A program made the position numbers and the translations under genes. This document shows, piece by piece, positions 1 through 13,296 of a stretch of 56,667 nt of DNA (position 1 is the stretch's first letter; the number at the start of each line of letters is the position of its first letter). The stretch comes from Rhizaria sp. SCN 62-66. Lineage: Eukaryota. Below the pieces are notes generated by a model. The model saw nothing but the letters and a program-made list of their open reading frames with translations. It was not told the origin of the DNA and did no database searches. Location of the stretch: the NCBI GenBank assembly GCA_001724265.1, contig MEDY01000034.1:62001-118667 (forward strand), in the 5' to 3' direction.

Positions 1-603
1 ACGCTGCTCTTCCGCTCGCGCGAGCTGCGCAAGTTTCAGTTCTGGGCCTTTACCCGCTGGCCCGGAGGCCTTTTCGTCTCCCCGTCGCTGCTCGGCACCC
101 GCGGCGGCGGCGCCATCGCGTCTGCGTGGGCAGCGCTCGTCGGCCTCGGCATCCAGGGCTTCACCGAGCTCACCAAGATCACCATGGACACGCGCGACAG
201 TATCATCGCCCACGTCGCCAAGAACAAGCACATCCAGCTCCTCGGCACGCCGCACGGCAGCATCGTCGCCTTCCGGTCGGTGAACCCGCAGCTTAACATC
301 CTGAGCGTTGCCGACCACATGGGCACCAAGGGTTGGGGCATGGAGCGCCAAATGCACCCCGACTGCATCCACATGACGCTCATGCCCGCGCACGCCGCCA
401 AGTGGCAGCAGCTTGTCGCCGACCTGGACGAGTCCGTGGAGCACGTGCTCGCGCATCCGGAGCTCGCTAAGACCGGCTCCGCGGCCATGTACGGCATGGT
501 CGCCAAGATCCCCAGCGACACCATCGTCGAGGACTTCCTCATCGAGTTCGAATCCCAGGTCTTCGACGCCGACAAGTACCACGCCGCTGCGCCCCCCGCG
601 TAA
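1..603 (+). CDS. SGPL1: Sphingosine-1-phosphate lyase (PLP-dependent), 3' part; 5' end lies outside the window
   Basis: Frame 1 is open from base 1: TLLFRSRELRKFQFWAFTRWPGGLFVSPSLLGTRGGGAIASAWAALVGLG...GSAAMYGMVAKIPSDTIVEDFLIEF. This matches the S1P-lyase motifs WxGGxYxSPxxxGSRxG and GxxAxYG. Ends in TAA 601-603. Confidence 0.9.
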   Translation, partial: TLLFRSRELRKFQFWAFTRWPGGLFVSPSLLGTRGGGAIASAWAALVGLGIQGFTELTKITMDTRDSIIAHVAKNKHIQLLGTPHGSIVAFRSVNPQLNILSVADHMGTKGWGMERQMHPDCIHMTLMPAHAAKWQQLVADLDESVEHVLAHPELAKTGSAAMYGMVAKIPSDTIVEDFLIEFESQVFDADKYHAAAPPA

Positions 604-1001
604 GGGTCTTGCCGGGTGCATGCTGTGGGCTGTGAAAAGGAGGGAGTAGTCATTTTTGTGTATCGTTTGAAGTTGCTGACAGCGCGCTACGGTGCACGTC
701 TGAGGTGGCAGCCGATGAGTGCGGCGTAATCCCGCAGTCTCTCGTAATTGGTATGATTAATGTGATTTATAACAATGGATGTGGGTTTGAAAACATTTCT
801 ACGTGCTGCTTTTGTGAAGGAGATCTTGCGCTACTGAGCTGTCTACAACAAGATTCGCGACAGAAACGTTTAAAACACCATTAGTCAATAAAATAATATG
901 AAGTACTGCAATCAATGATCGAGATAAATAAATTCAAGTGTGTATTGTGGTCACTGTGGAAAACTATGGTAACATATGATAAATATTATTGTCTGTAGTG
1001 A

Positions 1002-4000
1002 TTATTGAGTGTCACTGTCCTGTTGGTGGCTATTTTGATACTTCATCTTGACCTCCGCGCGTCGGGCTTTACGCTCATCGCGTGTCTTGGCCTTCTTATC
1101 CTCCAGTGCACGCGAACGCAGTTCATCAATCACAGTAAAGGGAACATACATTTCACTCGAAGCAGTTGCCGCTCGTGCAGCTGGGAGACCAAGCTCGCGT
1201 AGCGTCACTGTGGCGTCGGTATGGAACTGCTGCATCACATCTCCAAAAAACGGCTTAGCATCACTGTTCAAGTGCAGCGACTGCAAGCATCCGTGCGTTG
1301 TGTCGAACGCTGAGGCGAAGTCGGGGTAGAGCAGTGCGGCCGCCGTGGGGTCGGAGAAACGCAACGCAACATCACTCGAGTTGCGAGCTTGCTTGGCGGC
1401 AGTGATTAAGTCAGTGTTACTCGCAGTCTACATTGTAGCAAGAGGAACATAACACGGAATGTGCGCCTAACAGCTCTGCACACCACTGCCATTCACCGCA
1501 CTGTTAGCAGCGGCGACACGCATCGGTGCGATAACAGTCGAGAACTCGCGACGAGTAGTCTTTATGTTGTTCTGCACACCGCCAGTGGTACTAGAGCGAC
1601 CAATGCTGGCGATCTTGCCGCTACCAGCAAACCACTGCTTGCTGGCGCCACCAGTCTTTAAGTCACCCGCATTTGCGTTGTCGCGACTCGTCTTATTGTC
1701 GCTGCCTGCCTTGTTATTGTTAGGCGCTACGGTCACATTGGCACCAGCAGCAGTGGCGTCAGCAGCACTCGCAGTAACAGCAGCGGCAGCGGCGGCGGCG
1801 GCGCGGTCGGCGGCCTCCCTGTCACGGCGGTTCAGCCGCGAGCCTTGCACGCGCTTCGCTGTGGCGTCAATCGCCGCGCTTGCAGTTGCAGCGCACTTGT
1901 ACGAAGTGTCCAAGGCATCACCTGCGGCAATGATTGACAGCTCGGACTGCAGCGACGCAGGGCGGAGGAATGCGGAAGCAGCACGGATACGACGCTTGTT
2001 CTCCGCGGCAGCAGCAGCAGCGGCGGCGGCTGAGAGGGGGGCTGGTGGGGGGAGCGCCGCGGCAGCAGCGGCTCCGGGGCGCAGCGGAGCGCGAGCAAAC
2101 GCGGGCAACTGTGCAACAACAGGAGGTGCGACGGCGCCCGCAGCGGCGTTTGCGGCGCTAGCACTGTTGATCGCGGCTTGCGCGCGCGCCTCTGCGTACC
2201 GCGCCAGGGGCTGCGACGCGAACATGAGCGTGGAGACCATGGGCGTCCGCTGCGGCCACATCCAGTGCGCCACGCGCACGCCGCGGAGCACCACCGGCGG
2301 CGCGTCGGGCGCGACGAAGCGGCGCACGCGGCGCGGAACTGCGTCGTAGAAGGCCTTGGCAGACTCGAGGCCCTGTTGAGTGCGCTGCAGCAGGACGCGC
2401 GCGGTGTTGAGCGACGCGGTGAGAGAGCGGCGCGGGGCGGGGGGCCAAGAAGTGACCGCGGCAGCGGCGGGGGTGTAAGGCGCCAAGGGCGCGGGCAGCG
2501 AAGACTGAACGAGTGCGGCAGCAGACGCGGCGTCGGGCGTTGACGAGAGCACAGCAGAGCAGTGGGCAAGGAAAGCAGCATCTGCAGTGAGCACGTTGTC
2601 GACATCAGACAGCTCCTTCAGGCTCTCTGTGATGCGGGACTGGGTCGTGTACAGCAGTCGCTTCAGGCCTGTGGCAAGGTCAGAGCCGCGGATCGATAAC
2701 GTGCCACTGGTTGACTGACGCAAATGGCCGAACAGCGGAGCGATTGCGTGGATGATGCCGTCCTGCAGCACCAAGTCAGGCGCATGCGCGGTGCCGCAAC
2801 GAATCTGGAGCTCGCGAGGCACGCCGATGTGCGGCTGTAGCGACGGGCCACCACGACCGCCAGCATGAGAGTTGCTGGTGTTGTTCTCAGCAAACTCAGT
2901 GTTTGCACGAATGTGACTGTCGAGCAAAAGCGCGAGCGCAGTGTGCATCTTGAGTTGCGCAGTACCAACGCGATCGCCAGTTACATCAACACGAACAACC
3001 GCGTTGGAGCCGTTGTTGGTGTTAGAAACACCAGCAGTGCTCCCATTGTTCCCGTTCTGACCGAAGGCGGACGGCGCTAAGCCTGCCTGCTGCAGAGTCA
3101 GATACTGCACAACGCCTTCCTCGAGAGACTGTTGCGGCAGCGACTTGGCGACAAAGTCCAATGTGTCCTCAGTCGCACCGCCCGCGGCCGCCACAGCTTC
3201 AGCAGCCTCCGCAGCCTCGGCCGCAATCTCAGCGTCGGACTGCACCGGGGGCGCAAAGAACCTGCTTCCCCCGCGCGCACCGCCGCGCGCGCCACCGAAG
3301 CGCGGAGGGGGTGCGCAGGCGGCCGCGTGCGCCGCGAGCACGGTGGCGCGCGTGGAGATCATGTGCGACAACAGCTGCGTGGCAGCGGCGGGGAGCGGCA
3401 CGCGGTGCAGCAGCTCCAGGGCGAGGTGCAGCATGCGGCTGTCGGGCTGCGGCAGCCGGATGGGCAGGCGCGACAGCAACTCGCTCGTGGAAAACGGCGC
3501 GTTATTGCGATTTGCGGAGCTGGTCGAGAAGTGCAGCAAAGGGGCCGCGGCGTCGCTCTCAGCGCTAGTGGACTTGCCGGTCGTGTTGAAGCCGAGCCTG
3601 GAGATGACTTTGTCCATCGCGCCCGCAAGCGTCACGGTTGGCGCGGCGCTGATCGGACTCGCAGCAGCAGACTCAGAGCCAGCGTCGTCGCTCCCGGGAA
3701 GAATGCTGGCCGCCACAACCGGCTTCTGCTGGTCACGGGACGAGGGACCATGGGCGAGCGCAGCGGCCGCGGCAGCCCAGTACATCCGCATCACGCCCTG
3801 CCACTCGCGCAGCACGAGGCGCGTGACGACGGCGTCGGCGTGCGGCGCGTACAGCGGGGGCAGGAACATCTCGTGGCTCTCGCCGCGCCACACGGCGTCC
3901 ATCATCGCAGTGTTCTCGTCAACAGCAACGCCGGCACGGGAAGCGAGAGAGGCACAGCGCATCACCGTAGACTTCTCAGCGAACACAGACCCGTGGCGGA

Positions 4001-7000
4001 CGCCGTTGTCGCGGAAAAGCGGCAGCTCGGCGGCCGACAGCAGCGTCGGCAGCTTGCCCGACTGCGCGCGGGTCCACGCCCCGTGCAGGTCGGCTGTGGC
4101 CCGGAACGCCGGATCCAGCTCCTGCCACGCCGCGGGGTCGAAGAACGGGTTGTGGTGGAACGGGATGACCGCGGGCAGTCCGGCAGCTTGGCCGAGAAAC
4201 GCAAACGCGCCCAGTGCATGGGTGTCGTGCCCGTGAGCCATGCACACCTGCATGTACGACATCCACAGCTTCACCGAGTCGGCGAGATTTGCCTTGAGCG
4301 CGGTCGACATGACCTTCTTAGCGTCTTCGACACCCGTGCTCTCACCGCCTGCAGCGACGGCCTGCATCAGCATCGAAAACAGGTCGCTGTTGACGGGCTC
4401 GCCCTCGGCCAGCGCCTTGTTCACCATCGCCAGCGCGCGCTCGACCTGGCCCGCCGCCGACACGGCGTGCAGACGCGCCTGCAGCGCCGACTCGTCGGTG
4501 ACACCGCCGATGGTGAGCGAGGCGCGCAGCCGCTCCAGCCCGGGGTCGTGGCTGGAGCCGTGGCTCTCGCCGCCGGAGCTGAGGAACGCGTCCTCGATCT
4601 CAGCGACCTCGCGCTGCTCCTTGGCGATGTTGTCCTGCAGCACCGAGTGCACGCGGTCGACCACGTCCGCGGGCGCGTTGTCGCGCGCGCAGATCGCCAG
4701 CACCTGCGTAAAGGTCACCGCGGTGGGCGCGACGTCCATGGACTTCATTTTACCGAGCAGCGCGACGGCGGCGCGCCACGTCGTGCAACACGACAGCGCG
4801 ACGTTGTATGCCACCGCGTCGGGCCCTTCGTGGCCGGCCTCGTCCGCCGCGCGCTCGAGCCAGCGGATGACCGTGAGCGCGCTCTCCTCCTCCCACTGGC
4901 CCGGCGCGCCGCCGTCGGCCAGCGCGGAGAGGACCTGCGTGTAGGTGTGCAGCGACGGCTCGTAACCGGCGCGGCGCAGCACGCTGAGCAGCGACAGCGC
5001 GGCGGCGGGGTCGCCCAGCGCGCGGCAGCGGACAATCGCGGCCGAGACGTTGGCCTCGGAGGCCTGCGCGCCGGGGCGGTTGCGCGCGATCTGCCGGTAC
5101 ACGAGCGCGACGAACGCGTCGTCGGCGCCGATGCGCAAGAGCTCCTCCAGCACGAGGTCGTACGTCATCGACGTCGGCTCGGGCCCGCCCGCGGCGTAAG
5201 GCGTGAAGTTGCCCGTCGGCAAACACGCGTCGAGGTTGAGCGCGCGCGTGCCCTCGGCGACGCGGCTCTGCGCGGCGGCCAGCGCGCCCGTGGCAACGCC
5301 GGCGCCGGGGAGCCCCAGCACGGCGCGCACGCGCTGCTCGTCCGTCGTCGCCGCGAAGCGCGTGTCGGACGCGCACGCGCGGCGCACAGTGGCGAGCTTC
5401 GCCGTCTGTGCGCGGGTGAGGCGGCGCGTCTCGGTGCTGCCGTCCTCACGCGTCAGAGTCACCGTCACGCGCGCGTCGTCGCTCGAGGCTGCGCCGACGT
5501 CCGCGTTGGCGGATGTGTCGGTCGTGAACAGGTCGGACTTGAGCTCGCGACAGTGCAGCTGCATGTCGCCCGCCACGAGCCCGCCCGGCAGAGCTGCCGC
5601 GACGGTCTGCAGCGCGGGGGCGCCGTACGCGCGCTCGATGCCGACCGTAAGCGAGGCGGCCGCGGCCGAGGGCAGTGCGGCGCCGAGCAGGGTCGGGTCC
5701 GCGTCGGGGTTCGCCGAGGCCAGCAGCGCGGCGCCGGGCAGCGAGCGCGCGAACGCGGTCTCGATCAGCGACACGAGCATCGCGGCGTGCCGCCGGTGCT
5801 GCTCGGAGCGCGCAAATGCGCGCGCAGCCGCCACGGACGCGGCGCGCGCGCCCGAGAGTGCGGCAATGGTGGTTGGCAGCGGCGCGAGCGCGCGGGGCAG
5901 CGAGGCCAAGAACGCGTTAAGGTGGTACGGCGACGGCGCGGGCGTGGTGAACTCGGTGCTGAACCGGCCCGAGAGCGCGTGCCACTGCTCTTGCAGCGGG
6001 AGGCGCGAGAGGGAAACGAGCGGAACCATGCTCACAACGGTCTCCGCGGGCGTTGTCGAGCTCGAAGCACTCTGCTGTTCGGAGCTCTCGCCTGCGGCCA
6101 TGGAAGCGCTTTTGTTCGACGTGATGCCGTGGCGCGCGTCCTCCTTGGCGGCGAACCGCATCGCGGCCTCGAGCTTCGAGTCGAGCATCACAGGCGGCGC
6201 GGCGTCGTCGAACGGGTTGCCCTCGTCCCAGCCATCCTCGGCAGCCAGCGCGCCCGCGCCTGGCGCGCCCGCGCCGCTCGCACCGTCAAAGTTAAGTGCA
6301 TTGCCATCGGTATGGGCGCCCGCGACGGCGCTGGCGAAGGCCGCAGCGTTGCTAGCCGTGACCGGCGCATACACCGTGGCTGCCGCAGCCGCCGACGCGC
6401 CTGTGGACACGGCGAGCACGTCGCCGTAGAGCGCCGCGTCGGGCTGCGCGTCGCCGTCCAGCAGCACCATGCGGCGCGCGGCGTAGGCGGACTCGTCGAG
6501 CGCGTGGTGCGAGTGCGCGACGGGCGCGGTAACGACGCAGCGCGGCACGGCGAGCGACGCCAGCAGCGTGTGCGCGAGCACGGGCCAGCGCATCTCGGCG
6601 CACAACCGCAACAGCGGCGTGTAGAGCGCCGCGTCGGCGTCGCGGCCCAGCGCCTGCGCCTCGGCCAGCAGCGAGAAGAGCGTCGACACGGCGTCCGGCA
6701 CGCGCACCTCGGGGCAGCGCGCGAGCCAGTCGTCGTGCGCCACGGCCGCGGGCGCCTGCGCCAGAGAGCTTTCGCCGCGGCGGTCGTCGAAGCGAGCGCG
6801 GACGCTGCGCATCTGTGCGTAGGCAAGCTCGTCCTCGGTCTCGGGCAGCAGCAGCGCCAGCGTGGGGATCGCGTCCTCGAGCGCGGCCACGTCAGCCACC
6901 GTCGGCACCGGGCAGGTGCTCCACGTGATCACCGCAGCGCTGGTCGCCCCGGCGTCGCGTGCACTCGGGATGGCGTCACTGTGGGCGTGACTGGGTGCGG

Positions 7001-8753
7001 CGCCGCTCGCCTCACTCGGGGCCGCGCGGCCCATCAGCTGGCAGTGCGCAGCCCAATCCGCAAGCGCGGTGAGGTAGTCGCGCGCGTCTGCGTTCTCTGG
7101 CAGCAGCAGCACGTGGGCAGCGAGCACGGGCCGCCACGCCGCGACGGCCGCCAACGATGGCTCATCCAGCCCGCTCGGCAGCGGCGCCGCGCGCGGCCAC
7201 AGCGGCCGCACCGCCGGCAACGCCGCGAAGGCCGCCGCGACGTCCACGTCCACGGCCGCGTCCGCGCCCGCGGCATCCTTGTGCGCGTGCGCGGGGAGGG
7301 CGGCGAGCGCGGCGGCGAAGGGCGAGGGGGAGAAGTAGCCCGCGCCGGGCGGGCAGACGGGCACGGCGGATGGCACGGCCTCGCGGGGCGCGGCGAGCAG
7401 CGCCGCGCACAGCGCAGTCACGGGCGAGAGCGCCTCCGCGAGCGGCTGCTGCAGCGCCGCGCCCGCGTCGTCGAACAGCGCCGTCCGCGCGCGCCCGTCG
7501 TCGGAAGACGCGTTGTTGTAGAACGACGTCAGCGGGCTGCTGCGGCCAAAGTCGTCAGCAGAGGCCGCGGCGCCCCCGCCGCCGCGGGAGGCGTTGCCGG
7601 TGATGAGGCCCAGCAGCGTGAGCCGGCCCTCGAGCTGGACCTTCTGGAAGACGTCCACCTCGTCGGGCGCCCAGTCCGCGGACGCGTGGTTGACGCAGCC
7701 GCTCTTCCTGAGCGCGGCGCCCGCGCTGGTGCCGAAGTCGCCGCGCGGGATGGCGTCCAACTAGCGCTCGGCGGCCTCGCGCGCGCGCTCGCGGGCCTCA
7801 ACCTCGGGCCCATGTTCGCGCCGCGCCGCCTCGGTCATCTCGGCCCACAGCCGGCCCAGCACGGCCGCGTACGTCGCCACGCATGGTACCAGGCGGAAGG
7901 TGCGCCGCATGGTGTTGAAGAGCTCGAGGGCGGCTGAAGTCTCGTCGTGGCGCAGCGCGTCGGCGATGGCGCGGTCAAACAGCGCGCCCAGCGCGGGGTC
8001 GTCCGCCTCCACGGCCAGGCACGGCAGTGCGCCCAGCGCCAGTGCGTCCGCGGGCAACGCGGCCTGAGACAGGGCCGCGTGGCTGAAGCGATTGGCGAGC
8101 GTGCCCGCGGTGACGTAGAGCGCCTGGCGCGAGCTGTGCCGCGACTGCCGCGCGGCGCGCGAGTCGTACGCGCCGCCGTCGAGCGCGCCGCCGTCGCCCG
8201 CGGCGTCCGTGTCGAACCGGTCCCGCGAGCGGGCTGAGGGCCCGAAAGAGTTGAGCGCCGGCCCCCAGAAGAAGGTGTCGACAGTGGACACGCGCGGCGC
8301 CAGCGGGTCCAGCGAGACGCGAGACGCGGGTTCGTCCTCGCGCTCGCCCAGCGGCCGCAGCGGCGGCGCGGTGGTGGCGGGGGCGGCAGCAGCGGGGGCG
8401 GCGACAGCGGGCGCAGCGACAGGGGCACTGGAGGAGAAGTGGCGCGCAGACGAGGCGTGCGCGTGCAGCGCGGCGCGGTGAGACGCGCGCTGGGAGAGCT
8501 CTTGGCCGGACACAGCGGTACTATCCACAAGCGTGCGCGCGGACATGAGCGGTGATGTTTGTGAATAAGCTGGAGCCTGAGTATGGACAGCCGCAGCTGA
8601 TGAACAAGAGAGAGGCGCTCCAGCAACGGACATGGACTGTACGGTGGGTGCGGAGGGGCCGTAGGCCAGGGACGAGGCCGCACCAAGGGTGGGCGTGCGT
8701 GAAATAAACGCGCGGGTGCCCAAAATGGGGCGGGCCAACAGCCTTGAGGTCAT
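1002..8753 (-). CDS. Giant pentatricopeptide-repeat protein (~2583 aa), probably mitochondrial, with a degenerate SMR-like domain; contains 3 in-frame TAG codons
   Basis: Track ORFs 7761..8774, 1467..7760 and 1002..1364 are in one frame, separated only by TAG at 7761-63, 1467-69 and 1428-30; the frame ends in TAA 1002-04. First ATG at 8753 gives MTSRLLARPILGTRAFISR (Arg/Ser-rich, presequence-like). PPR-like motifs: ALELFNTMRRTFRLVPCVATYAAVL; ALSLLSVLRRAGYEPSLHTYTQVLSAL; PDAVAYNVALSCC...LLGKMKSMDVAPTAVTFTQVL. Confidence 0.82.
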
Positions 8754-9261
8754 GAAGGCTGTGGGAGTGCTCACACAACGCAGCTTGTGAGCAGTTGGTG
8801 CGTGGGGTAAAAAGAGTGTGTGTAAAGAGTGTTACTCAGATTCTACAGAGGTTTAATTAAAGACAGTAAAATAAAAGTGACGTAAAAATCTGGGCATTTG
8901 GTGGTGTGACTATTGAACGAATATCTGTTAGGATATAGTTGCTTTCAGGTGAGGCACTTGTCACCCTCATCGACCGAGATGGGCAAGCTGGAAGATCTCG
9001 CCGTCGAGCAACGGATAGGGTGAAAAAAAAACCTATATTGCAGATCGAAACATCCGTCTACGCTTTTGTGTTTTGGGTAACACAGACCCCACGTCTGTTT
9101 TTATATGTTTTTCTTTTAATAAGTTCTCAACCTGATAATATTCTTGTCAAACCCGCTTCGTGTACAGGCTGTGTAGAAACTGACAAAACTCTTGCCATCG
9201 CGCCTCTCTTGCTAAGCAGCAACTCGCGTCATCGACAGTGAGAAGAGCTGCAGAGGTTAGG

Positions 9262-12200
9262 ATGGACCTGCCTGGTGATGGGGCTGCAACGGGTGAACTA
9301 GGCTTTGCTCCGCCAGTGACTGCCGCTTCGCCAAGCCCCCGCTACGCTCCTGCCCCACCCCACCTCAAGGAGATGCCTCACCGTCTTCGCGTCGAGGCCC
9401 CCACTGTCACAATGCCTGCAGAGAGTACAAAGCCGCATGCAGCGACTGAAGACGCGCTGTTTTTACCGATTACACCTTCGATTGGCGATGATATTGAGTC
9501 GCCGGAGCATCAAAATCAATCTAGACGCAACCCAACAACAGATGCCAGAGCACCTGCCGCTCACACCCACACCGCCAGCAGCCCTGGTTACGCGCCTCCA
9601 GTTCGCGTGAGCGTGAGCGTGCTGACGGTCGCCTCCCCGGCGCAGTCGCCCGTGGTGTCCCCGTCGCATTCGCAGCCGTTCGCGGCGCTGCCGATGCCCG
9701 AGTACGGCGCCGCGACGCTGACGGCCGCACCCAGCGAAGCTTCCGCAAGCACCAGCGACGTCGGCTCGCCGCGCAACGCCGCCGCCAGGGGCTACGGTTA
9801 CGGCGCGCACTACGCTAATAGCGCGGGGGACGCTGCGAGCGCGGGTCCGGCTAGCAGCCGAACCGCTGCGTCGGGCTACAGCAGCCGGCACACGGTGGGC
9901 TCGCCGTCGTCGCGGCCCGCGTCGCTGGCGTTTCCGCCGCTGATCGCCGCGTTGAACGCGCTCGCGATCGCGCCCGAGTCCGTCCCGCTGCCGCCCACGC
10001 CGCGCGCGCTACACCAGTGGTTCGCGGCCCGCGCCGCGTAGGATGCCGCAGCACGCGCTGAAGCGCGGGGACGGGCCGAGGCAGAGGCAGCGGCGGCGAG
10101 AGAGAAAGCCGCGCTGGTCAAGGACATCGGTGTCGTGATGACGTCGACGCTGGTCACAGTTGCTGCGACGCCAAATTTCCCCGTGCACAGCGGTGCTCAG
10201 AACAACAGCAACGTCCAGAGCTCCAAACAGAACTCGAGCAGTGGCATTACATCATCTGCAAGTGCGTCTGCAAACAGCGACAACAGCACCAACAACAGCA
10301 GCGGCGGCGGCAACAAGACTCCACGCACGACTGCACCGACTGCTCCTGTCGCCGGTCCTCTCGGCGCCAGCGCTGGGACGCCACGTGCGATGGCACCGAT
10401 GGTGCTCGTGTCCGTGGCCGCAGAAGCGCACGATGTCGCCCTCGGCCACCCCCCGCTCAGCCACGCGCAAGGCGACCACGCGAGCTCGCAGCCTGGCACG
10501 GTCGCGGTGGACGGCGAACCCGTGTCCGCGACCGCGGCCGCGCTCATTGCAGCGCACCGCGCGCAGCTGGCCGCCGCCAGCAAAGGCAGCAAAGGCAGCA
10601 GTAGAAGCAGCAGCGACACGACCAATGTGGGCGGAAACAGTGCGAGGCGTGTGGTTGCTCCTGGCCTTGCCGTCACAACGACTGCAGCCAATGTAAGCGG
10701 TCGTTTGAATGCTAATGCGACTCTGATGCCGTTTCGCTCGCGCTACACAATGATGCCACCTGCGCCTGCAAACAGCGTCAACAACAGCGGAAATGCAATG
10801 GCGAACCAAAGTGACGCAAAGACAACGGAGCAGCAACAAGGCTCTTTAAGTGCTAAATCTGCGTTGAATGTCAACCCCGCTAAGTCTATCTTCGCGAGTC
10901 CCAAGCTTGCTGCGCTTGCCGCGCTCGGCTCCGCGAGCAGTGGCAACGGCAACTTCGGGAGCACAAGCACCATTCTGCCCCTCTCCAGCCCCAATGCGAA
11001 CGACGAGGCAAGCAACGCTGAGATCGGCACTACGAGTCACGGAGTTCACACTGAAACCGCCGCGCGCCCTCCCCTCTTGACGGCTGCGGGGGGCGCGAAC
11101 GCAGGCGCTGGCGTCACTGCTGGTGCCGGCTCTGGGGTGTTACACTCCGCTCTCCGGAGACAGCCAAACAAGCCTCCCGCTTCGGACACCGTCACCGCGG
11201 TCACCGTTGCCGCAGCGTCTGCGGGCGTAGCCGACGCACCGGCTACTTTTAGCGGCATGCATCATGATGAGAACGCAGACGGTGAACGACAGAGTGTCGC
11301 TACACTCGGTGGTCTGATGGGACATGGACTATTTGCCGACTCCGCAGCGCAAGAAGAACAGTATCTTGATCGGAATCACCAGCACAACAACGGCATGTTG
11401 CTGTCAGACATGTTCTCTGGGTCTGCACATGTCGGAGCTCGGCACGGCAACGACAGTGCTGAGTCTGGTGCTGGGTGTGGGTTCGAGTCAGTCGAGTATG
11501 ACTCACTCGACATGGCGCTTGCGTCAGCCTACCCCGTCCCCCCAGCCGCTCACAGTCCGGCCTACAGCTGCAGTCTCTTTCCGAGCAACGGACTCGCCGG
11601 TGCTACAGGGAGTATTGCAGCGAGCGGCAGCCGCTCTAGCGTGCTACTTGCAGCGGCGTCGGCGTCCCTGCACGCGCGGCCAACGCCGGCTAAACCGAAG
11701 GCAAGCAGCCTGCTGCCAACGACAGCAGCGGCGACTCCTGCGCGGCCCGCCGCGGGAAGCGCCGCCACCGCCACGAGGCAGCGCAGTGCGAAAAAGCCAG
11801 ACAATGATGCGAGCAGCGAAGTCAAGGGTCCAGATGCCGCTGTGGCTCCGGAAGCTGTTAAAGAGCTGTCTGATGCCACAGCGCATGGTGATGCTCAGAG
11901 CAAGGTTGCAGGTGGAAGTGTGAAGAGTGACGCAAAGGGCAAAGCGACTGAGAGCTCTGCAGTTGACGCCGCGTCGCTCACAGTCGACCACGGGCCCGTT
12001 GTGCCGTACCGCTCGGCGAACGCGTCCCACGGTCACTCTGCTCGCGACAAATCGACCCATAGTCACGGTGTGGAACACCAGAAAGATCAGGATCAGCATC
12101 ATCCGCAAGCGAAGCCTCGCACCCGCACCTCTGCTGCTGTTGCGCTTCCTGAAGCTGCAGCTGAGATTAGTCTCAACGACTTGCTGCTGCCCGACTTTGC

Positions 12201-13296
12201 GCCTGCCACGCTGTCGCCCGCCGAAGCCGCCGCCGCTGCGGCAGCCGCGCGCGCGTATGGGCCCAAGCGCGGTCGCGGAGCCTCCACCTTGCCTTCCGCG
12301 ACGAAAGGCGCGAGCGCGGCGTCTCAAACAAGAGTGGCTGGTGCAAGCGCTCTTGATAGAAATGCAGAGTTGGGACAAGATGGCGGAAAGATCAAAAGCC
12401 GCAATGTGAGCCCACTTAGCAGCAGTAAGTCGACCCGTGCGCTATTGCCAATGCGCGGTCCGCTGTTGCTCCAGTTTCCCAAAACTGAGCCGACAACTGT
12501 AACTGCGCCTGACGCCGTGGCGAAGAGCTGGGCGACGGCCAACAACAACGCACAGCGCCAGGCCGCTGACACTGACAACCACGGTGCCGATGGCACTTGC
12601 GAAGATGAGGCTGTTGGTAAGCACAGCACTTTTCTTCGTGCCAACGCGGCCAAATTCTCGTACGCGTTCCAGCAACAGCGCAGTTCTCCTGCGAAGGCAC
12701 CCGCAAACAGCGGTGCCAGCACAAGCACAGCGACTGCGATCAAGCCGAGTGTTGCTGCGGCTGCGGCGGCCGCTGCGAAGGCCGATTGCGGTCGGCCGCG
12801 GCGCCGCCAGTCCGCGATTCTGGCCGGCCCGCAGTCGGGCTGGGGCGCGGACATGGCGCTGGACTTCAGCCAGTTCAAGGCGCCGCCGCCTGAGGAGCCC
12901 GCAAGCGTCGCTGACGCTGCGCCTGTGGCGGATGCAGCAGCGATTTCTCCGGTGGCAGTTACGGATGTTGCGGCAGATTCTAAGGCAACGGGTGTCACTG
13001 ATGCTGCGAATGATAGCGCCACCAGCAAGAGGGCTGTTGGCACGACGAGTGGCGCGTTCGCGTTCTACCAGAACCAGGCAGCCACGCTGTCTGCGCAGCG
13101 CACCAGCGGTGCGACGCACCGGCTGCTGCGAGGTCCCCACGTCGCCGTCGCGCCAATGACCGTGGGCGCCGCCCAGCTGGGGCTGGGGCCGACGCCGGCG
13201 GCGGCGAATGGGCTGTCTCCGTATAACTACAAGTACCAGCAAGCGGTCGCTCCAGCGGGTACGGCTGGTCAACAACGCAAGAACAAATAGCTATGA
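9262..13296 (+). CDS. Uncharacterised Ala/Ser/Pro-rich low-complexity protein (~1344 aa); 2 in-frame TAG codons
   Basis: ATG at 9262. ORFs 9238..10041 and 10135..13290 are in frame and joined across TAG 10039-41 (FAARAA*DAAARAEARGRAEAEAAAAREK). The last TAG (13288-90) is followed by CTA and TGA (13294-96), then AT-rich sequence. Confidence 0.7.

Noticed and set aside
3132-7937. Long antisense or overlapping ORFs (e.g. 3132..7937 +, 51624..53606 -, 42798..44462 -, 39245..40714 +)
   Set aside because: They are shadow ORFs produced by high GC and codon bias opposite genuine genes, with Arg/Gly/Ala-rich sequence and no motifs.
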